DNA from: Myxococcota bacterium
Lineage (GTDB): Bacteria; Myxococcota_A; Polyangia; Nannocystales; Nannocystaceae
Reading direction: 5' to 3'
Assembly (NCBI GenBank): GCA_039028615.1
Contig: JBCCHT010000019.1
Span: 152,267-216,266 of the forward strand
Length of the DNA stretch: 64,000 bases
The translations under genes and the position numbers were made by a program. How positions within the stretch are numbered: position 1 is the stretch's first letter; every line of letters starts with the position of its first letter. Of this stretch, positions 59,788-64,000 are shown piece by piece. The notes under the pieces were generated by a model. It was given only the letters and a program-made list of their open reading frames with translations, was not told the DNA's origin and made no database searches.

Positions 59788-60396
59788 CTACGCAGCGGCG
59801 GCGACCCAGGTGGGCGCATCGCAGAAGGTCAGCATCTGCTCGCGCATCATCAGCTTGGCCCGATGCAGCTGGGTCTTGACCGTGCCGAGCGGCATGCCCA
59901 AGGACTGCGCGATGTCGCGGTAGGGCACGTGACCCATGAAGTGCATGACGATGACCTCGCGGTAGCGCTCGGGCAGCTCGGCGACGAGCATGGCCAGGTC
60001 GCGGCGCAAGTCGGCACGGCGAGCGCTGTGCTCGTCCTCGGGCGCGGCCTCGGTGAGCTCGAACTCGTCGGGGAGCGCGGCCGGCTGCCGCACGCGATTG
60101 CGATGGTTGAGGTAGACGAAGTACGCGATGCGATGCACCCAAGTGGTGAAGCGCGAGCGCCCCTCGAACCCGGACAGGCCGCGATACGCCCGCAAGAAGG
60201 CCTCCTGGGTGAGGTCGTCGGTGAGGGTGCGATTGCCTCGGGTCAGGCGCAGCAGCAGCGCGCGAATCTTGCCCTGGTGCCGCCGCACCAGCTCGCCGAA
60301 GGCGGCGGGATTGTTGCCCGCGGCGGCCCAGCTCGTGAGCTCGGCGTCCGTCGCTTCGCGAAGGTCACTGGGGTTGCTGCGCGTCGCCTCGGTCAT
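59788..60396 (-). CDS. ECF-family RNA polymerase sigma factor
   Basis: AFGELVRRHQ, DDLTQEAFLRAY, FTTWVHRIA, LPERYR, GTVKTQLHRA. Confidence 0.93.
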   Translation of the reverse strand: MTEATRSNPSDLREATDAELTSWAAAGNNPAAFGELVRRHQGKIRALLLRLTRGNRTLTDDLTQEAFLRAYRGLSGFEGRSRFTTWVHRIAYFVYLNHRNRVRQPAALPDEFELTEAAPEDEHSARRADLRRDLAMLVAELPERYREVIVMHFMGHVPYRDIAQSLGMPLGTVKTQLHRAKLMMREQMLTFCDAPTWVAAAA

Positions 60397-60531
60397 CGTT
60401 GGGGGCAGTACCCGGCCCCCGAAAATCAATTGCACCCAATCTCAAAAAAACCTCGAACGCCCCTCCACACGGGTTCCAGACCCGATCGGCGTGGTATGGT
60501 CCCACCCTCTCGCACCCCCAGGAGGACCTGA

Positions 60532-61206
60532 ATGTTCGCGCCGATACGCGTTTGGCAGTTCGCAGGGGCTCTCGTGGCCCTGACCCTCGCTTGTGACAGC
60601 AAGGAACCCTCGATGTCCAAGGCGGCCGAGCAGGCCGAGAAGAAGGACGCCGAAGAAAAGAAAGCCAAGGAGGAAGCCGACAAGAAGCTCACCGAGCAGG
60701 CCAAGGCCGCCAAGGCGGGCAAAGTCGAAAACCCCTGGAAGTTCGAGGAGGTCAAAAAATCCCTGATCCCCGGGACCGTGCTCGACTACGAGATGACCGG
60801 CACCGACATCAAGGGCAAGCCGGTCGAGGATCGCCTGCACGCGCAGGTCGTGAGCCAGAGCGATCTCGACATCAAGATCCTCGAGTACAAGATGAGCGTC
60901 TCCGGCAACCCCGCCGTCACCCAGCCGCAGGGTCATCCCTGGGCCGCGGTCAGCCCGTTCTTCTGGGTCGAGCAGAGCGAGATCGAGTACTCGCGCCGCG
61001 AGAAGGTCGAAGTCCCCGCCGGCTCGTTCGACTGCGTGGTGGCCGACATCAAGGGCTACTTCGGCAAGCACCTCACGGTGTGGATGATCGCCGACAAGCC
61101 CGGCATCTACGCGCAGGTGGTCGAGCACCCCAACTTCAAGAGCGCCGAAGAGGGCGACACCACCGAGATCAACTACAAGCTGGCGTCCATCACCCACAAG
61201 AACTGA
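60532..61206 (+). CDS. Hypothetical lipoprotein
   Basis: AGGAGG RBS; TLAC lipobox; VEVPAGSFDC motif. Confidence 0.8.
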   Translation: MFAPIRVWQFAGALVALTLACDSKEPSMSKAAEQAEKKDAEEKKAKEEADKKLTEQAKAAKAGKVENPWKFEEVKKSLIPGTVLDYEMTGTDIKGKPVEDRLHAQVVSQSDLDIKILEYKMSVSGNPAVTQPQGHPWAAVSPFFWVEQSEIEYSRREKVEVPAGSFDCVVADIKGYFGKHLTVWMIADKPGIYAQVVEHPNFKSAEEGDTTEINYKLASITHKN

Positions 61207-61225
61207 GCGCCACGCACCAACCAAA

Positions 61226-61261
61226 AACGAACGCCAGGGCCCGCGGGCTCTGGCGTTCGTT
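61226..61261. terminator. Intrinsic terminator between convergent genes, probably bidirectional
   Basis: 16-bp stem AACGAACGCCAGGGCC-CGCG-GGCTCTGGCGTTCGTT with an adjacent A5 tract (U-tract on minus strand). Confidence 0.75.
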
Positions 61262-61284
61262 CGTTGAAGGGTCGGCGCGGCGGG

Positions 61285-61995
61285 CTACTTGCCCAGCTTG
61301 CGGCTGTACTTGGCCACCGCCTCGATCTCTTCCGGGGTCAGCTTGGTCTTGAAGGCCTTCATCTTCGTGCCCGACTTGCCGTTGGTGATGATCTCCACCA
61401 CCTTGGCCTGCGACCACTTGGCCTTCCAGCCCGGCTTGGTCCAATCCTCGATCTCGTGCTTCTCGCCGAGCTTGGTGTCGGCCTTGCCCGAGACACCGTG
61501 ACAGGCCTTGCACTTCTTGAGGTACACCGCCTTGGCATCGATCGCGGGGCCAGCCGGCGCCTTGGGCTCGGCCTTGGGCTCCGCTTTCGGCTCCGCCTTC
61601 GGGGGAGTCTTGGGAGAAGCCTTCGGCTCGGCCTTGGGAGGGGCCTTCTGCTCGGGAGTATCGGCTTTGGCGTCGTCCGCATTCGCGTCGGCGGCCGCGG
61701 CATCGGCTGCCTTCGCGTCATCGGCCGCCTTCGCCTCGTCGGCCGCCTTGGCGTCATCGGCTGCCTTCGCCTCGTCGGCTGCCTTCGCGTCATCGGCCGC
61801 CTTCGCCTCGTCGGCCGCCTTGGCGTCGACCTTCGCGTCGGCCTTGCCCTTGTCGTCGGCCTTGCCCTTGTCGTCGGCCTTGACCTTGTCGCCGGCCTTC
61901 GCCTTGGTGTCGTCCTTGGGGGCATCGCAGCCGGTGGCCAGTACGCTGCCCAGCAGCACGGGGAGGATTCCAGAATAAATCGATCGCAGCAGCAA
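61285..61995 (-). CDS. c-type cytochrome lipoprotein with repetitive linker
   Basis: ATGC lipobox; CKACHG heme motif; distal Met in TKMKAF; LTPEEIEAV. Confidence 0.88.
   Translation of the reverse strand: MLLRSIYSGILPVLLGSVLATGCDAPKDDTKAKAGDKVKADDKGKADDKGKADAKVDAKAADEAKAADDAKAADEAKAADDAKAADEAKAADDAKAADAAAADANADDAKADTPEQKAPPKAEPKASPKTPPKAEPKAEPKAEPKAPAGPAIDAKAVYLKKCKACHGVSGKADTKLGEKHEIEDWTKPGWKAKWSQAKVVEIITNGKSGTKMKAFKTKLTPEEIEAVAKYSRKLGK
61700..61822. repeat. 18-bp coding tandem repeats (AKAADD/E), about 7 copies
   Basis: Protein reads AKAADEAKAADD repeatedly; boundaries approximate. Confidence 0.8.
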
Positions 61996-62272
61996 CGTGA
62001 GTCTCCTTGCGGCGAGGCAAACGCTACACGACTCGCCTCCGTATCACCAAACACGCCCGGACCCCCGGTTGTGGTCTATCGCGAAGCGGCAACGCGATGC
62101 CCGGTCGCCGCCGCGCGCGACAGTCACGAGGAGCGCGAGAAGGTCGAAAACGGCGCCTTTTCCTCGCTGCGGGCCGTGGGTGTGCGCTGATGCCATTGCC
62201 CGAGGCGCCAGCCCTCGGTAGCGTGCGCGCCAGCCATCGCCTCCCGCGGTGGCGCGAAACCCGAGCCCGTCG

Positions 62273-63415
62273 ATGTCCGAGTCGGCCACCAACCCCTCAT
62301 CGCTTGCTCCACAAACCGTGGCGCTGGCCAAGACGCCCGAAGAGCTCACGCTACAGCCCGTCGAAGGACTGGCCCGGTGGCTTGGCCGCACGCTGCACGG
62401 CTTCGTCTTCCGCTTCGTGAGCATGATCGAGCAGCCCACGGAGAACATGTCGGGGCCGCTGTCGCCGGTCGACGGCTACTTCCGCCGCGACCGCCACCGA
62501 CACCCTCGCGTCGACCCAGAGACCTACGCGCTGCGCGTCACCGGGGTGAAGAACCCGCGCAGCTTCACCCTCGCCGAGCTCCGCGCCCTCCCCCAAGAGG
62601 AGCGGGTCCTGGTGATGGAGTGTGCGGGCAATGGCAACCACCTGATGGGCTCGGCCGGTCTCGTGGGCCAGGCTCGCTGGTCCGGGCCCTCGCTCGCCAC
62701 CGTGCTCGAGGCCTGCGGCGGCGTGGGCGAGTCCACGCACTTCGCCTTCCACGGCCTCGATCCCATCCCGCTCATTCGCAAGGGCTATCACTATGGCCTC
62801 TCCGTCGAAGAGCTGACCCGCGCCAACGCCCTGCTCGCGCTCGAGATGAACGGCGAGCCCCTGCCCCGCCCGCGCGGCTTCCCCCTGCGCATGGTGGTGC
62901 CCGGCATCTACTCGATGTCCCACATCAAGTGGCTGGGGCACATCGAGGGCAAGACCGAGCCCCACATGGGCATCCACAACCGCTTGGTCTTCACCAACAA
63001 GGAGAAGCGCGACGGCAAGTGGGTCCGGGTGCAGGCGCGATGGATCGGCCTCAAGTCGATGATCACCCGCTGCCAGCGCACCGACGACGGCTGGCGCATG
63101 ACCGGCTGGGCCTGGGGCGGCGGTGAGAGCATCGATCGCGTCGAGATCACCACCGACGGCGGCGACACCTGGGAGCAGGCTACCGTGCACCCGCCCGGCG
63201 AGTACTTCGACGGACAGGTGCCGCCCGAGCACCTCCAGCACGCCTGGTCGGTCTTCGAGTTCCACTGGCGAGGCCCCGCCCCCGGACGCTACCTGGTGAC
63301 CAGCCGGGCCTTCAGCGAGACCGGCGAGGCGCAGCCGATGGAAGAGGACCCCAACGTGCACGGGCACTTCAACCAGACGCGGGTGAAGTGGCGGCGCGTG
63401 AAGGTTCCGGGCTAG
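62273..63415 (+). CDS. Sulfite oxidase-family molybdopterin oxidoreductase
   Basis: MECAGN (Mo-ligating Cys), MNGEPLP..RGFPLRMVVPG, IKWL, GWAWGG, VEITTDGG.TW. Confidence 0.9.
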   Translation: MSESATNPSSLAPQTVALAKTPEELTLQPVEGLARWLGRTLHGFVFRFVSMIEQPTENMSGPLSPVDGYFRRDRHRHPRVDPETYALRVTGVKNPRSFTLAELRALPQEERVLVMECAGNGNHLMGSAGLVGQARWSGPSLATVLEACGGVGESTHFAFHGLDPIPLIRKGYHYGLSVEELTRANALLALEMNGEPLPRPRGFPLRMVVPGIYSMSHIKWLGHIEGKTEPHMGIHNRLVFTNKEKRDGKWVRVQARWIGLKSMITRCQRTDDGWRMTGWAWGGGESIDRVEITTDGGDTWEQATVHPPGEYFDGQVPPEHLQHAWSVFEFHWRGPAPGRYLVTSRAFSETGEAQPMEEDPNVHGHFNQTRVKWRRVKVPG

Positions 63416-63599
63416 GGCCTGGGCCCAGGCGGCGGAGCAGCCTGATAGCACTAACACCAGCCGAAACCCGGCCAAATAGTACAGGCGCCGGACAACAACA
63501 GGATGGAAGCCGAGCCAGCTATGAAGCAGTGCCTGGAATTATCGACGCAGAACTAAGAATAGGGAGAGCAGCCCGCACGACGATCCATCATCAGCAAAT

Positions 63600-63737
63600 T
63601 TACCCCTTTGAAGAAGGCACCGCTAGAACTTCGCAGGCGCGCGCCATACTGGTGAGAACCTGCTCCGCGGACTTGGTCCACACGAAGGGCATGGGCTCAT
63701 CATTTTGGGCTTCCAAAAAGGGCGCGGGTGCTTCGGT
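63600..63737 (-). pseudogene. C-terminal remnant of an IS630-family transposase
   Basis: Minus frame reads TEAPAPFLEAQNDEPMPFVWTKSAEQVLTSMARACEVL...stop, matching the IS630 C-terminal P-K-P-F-V-W-T-K motif. Confidence 0.75.
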
Positions 63738-64000
63738 TACTCCCAGTGCCCAATTGAGAAGTCATTGAGGGTGTGATCTAAGACAGGCGTGTCAGATCCT
63801 CTACCCATCGAGCTACGAGAGCGTGCGGTCCGAGCCTACGAGAACGACGAGGGCTCGTACGCGGTCATCGCGGAGCGATTCCAGATCTCGGTGAGGTCCC
63901 TGATTCGGTGGGTCGCTCGCTTTCGAGAAACGGGCTCGGTCACGCCTTACCCCAAGGGCGGCGGCAATTTCTCGAAGGTCGACATCGAAGCCATGAACCA
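63738..64000 (+). mobile_element. Left end of an IS630-family insertion sequence (truncated by window edge)
   Basis: TA at 63738-63739 followed by a lower-GC end sequence and a transposase start; the exact end cannot be confirmed without the right inverted repeat. Confidence 0.72.
63789..64000 (+). CDS. IS630-family transposase N-terminal HTH (partial; absent from the ORF track)
   Basis: GTG 63789: MSDPLPIELRERAVRAYENDEGSYAVIAERFQISVRSLIRWVARFRETGSVTPYPKGGG. Confidence 0.85.
   Translation, partial: MSDPLPIELRERAVRAYENDEGSYAVIAERFQISVRSLIRWVARFRETGSVTPYPKGGGNFSKVDIEAMN

Overview
GC-rich chromosomal window from a myxobacterium, probably Nannocystaceae-like (inferred from MYXO-CTERM-tailed proteases, Cys-rich lipoproteins and eukaryote-like Ser/Thr kinases). 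It holds hisD-hisC, an acyl-CoA-binding protein, a stand-alone SIR2-like gene, a split ArsA/Get3-like ATPase pair, map, two molybdoenzymes, a complete but rearranged ebo cluster (eboA-F), many secreted peptidases and lipoproteins, a RecQ-PRTase fusion, TetR and ECF regulators, and nested IS630 sequences at the right edge. The main signal missed by the ORF track is a predicted selenoprotein at 14536-15603. Its signal peptide is followed by two in-frame UGA codons in a U-x-x-U arrangement and a SECIS-like hairpin, and it reads through into an outer-membrane beta-barrel with a His-rich tail. It is the last gene of a four-gene ATGA-coupled operon that includes an HMA-thioredoxin lipoprotein. A second unexplained signal is a tRNA-like cloverleaf with a collapsed anticodon loop and a 13-bp terminal stem (3519-3620, minus strand) next to the SIR2-like gene. 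All calls come from motif recognition by eye; no searches were run, and many start codons are best guesses.
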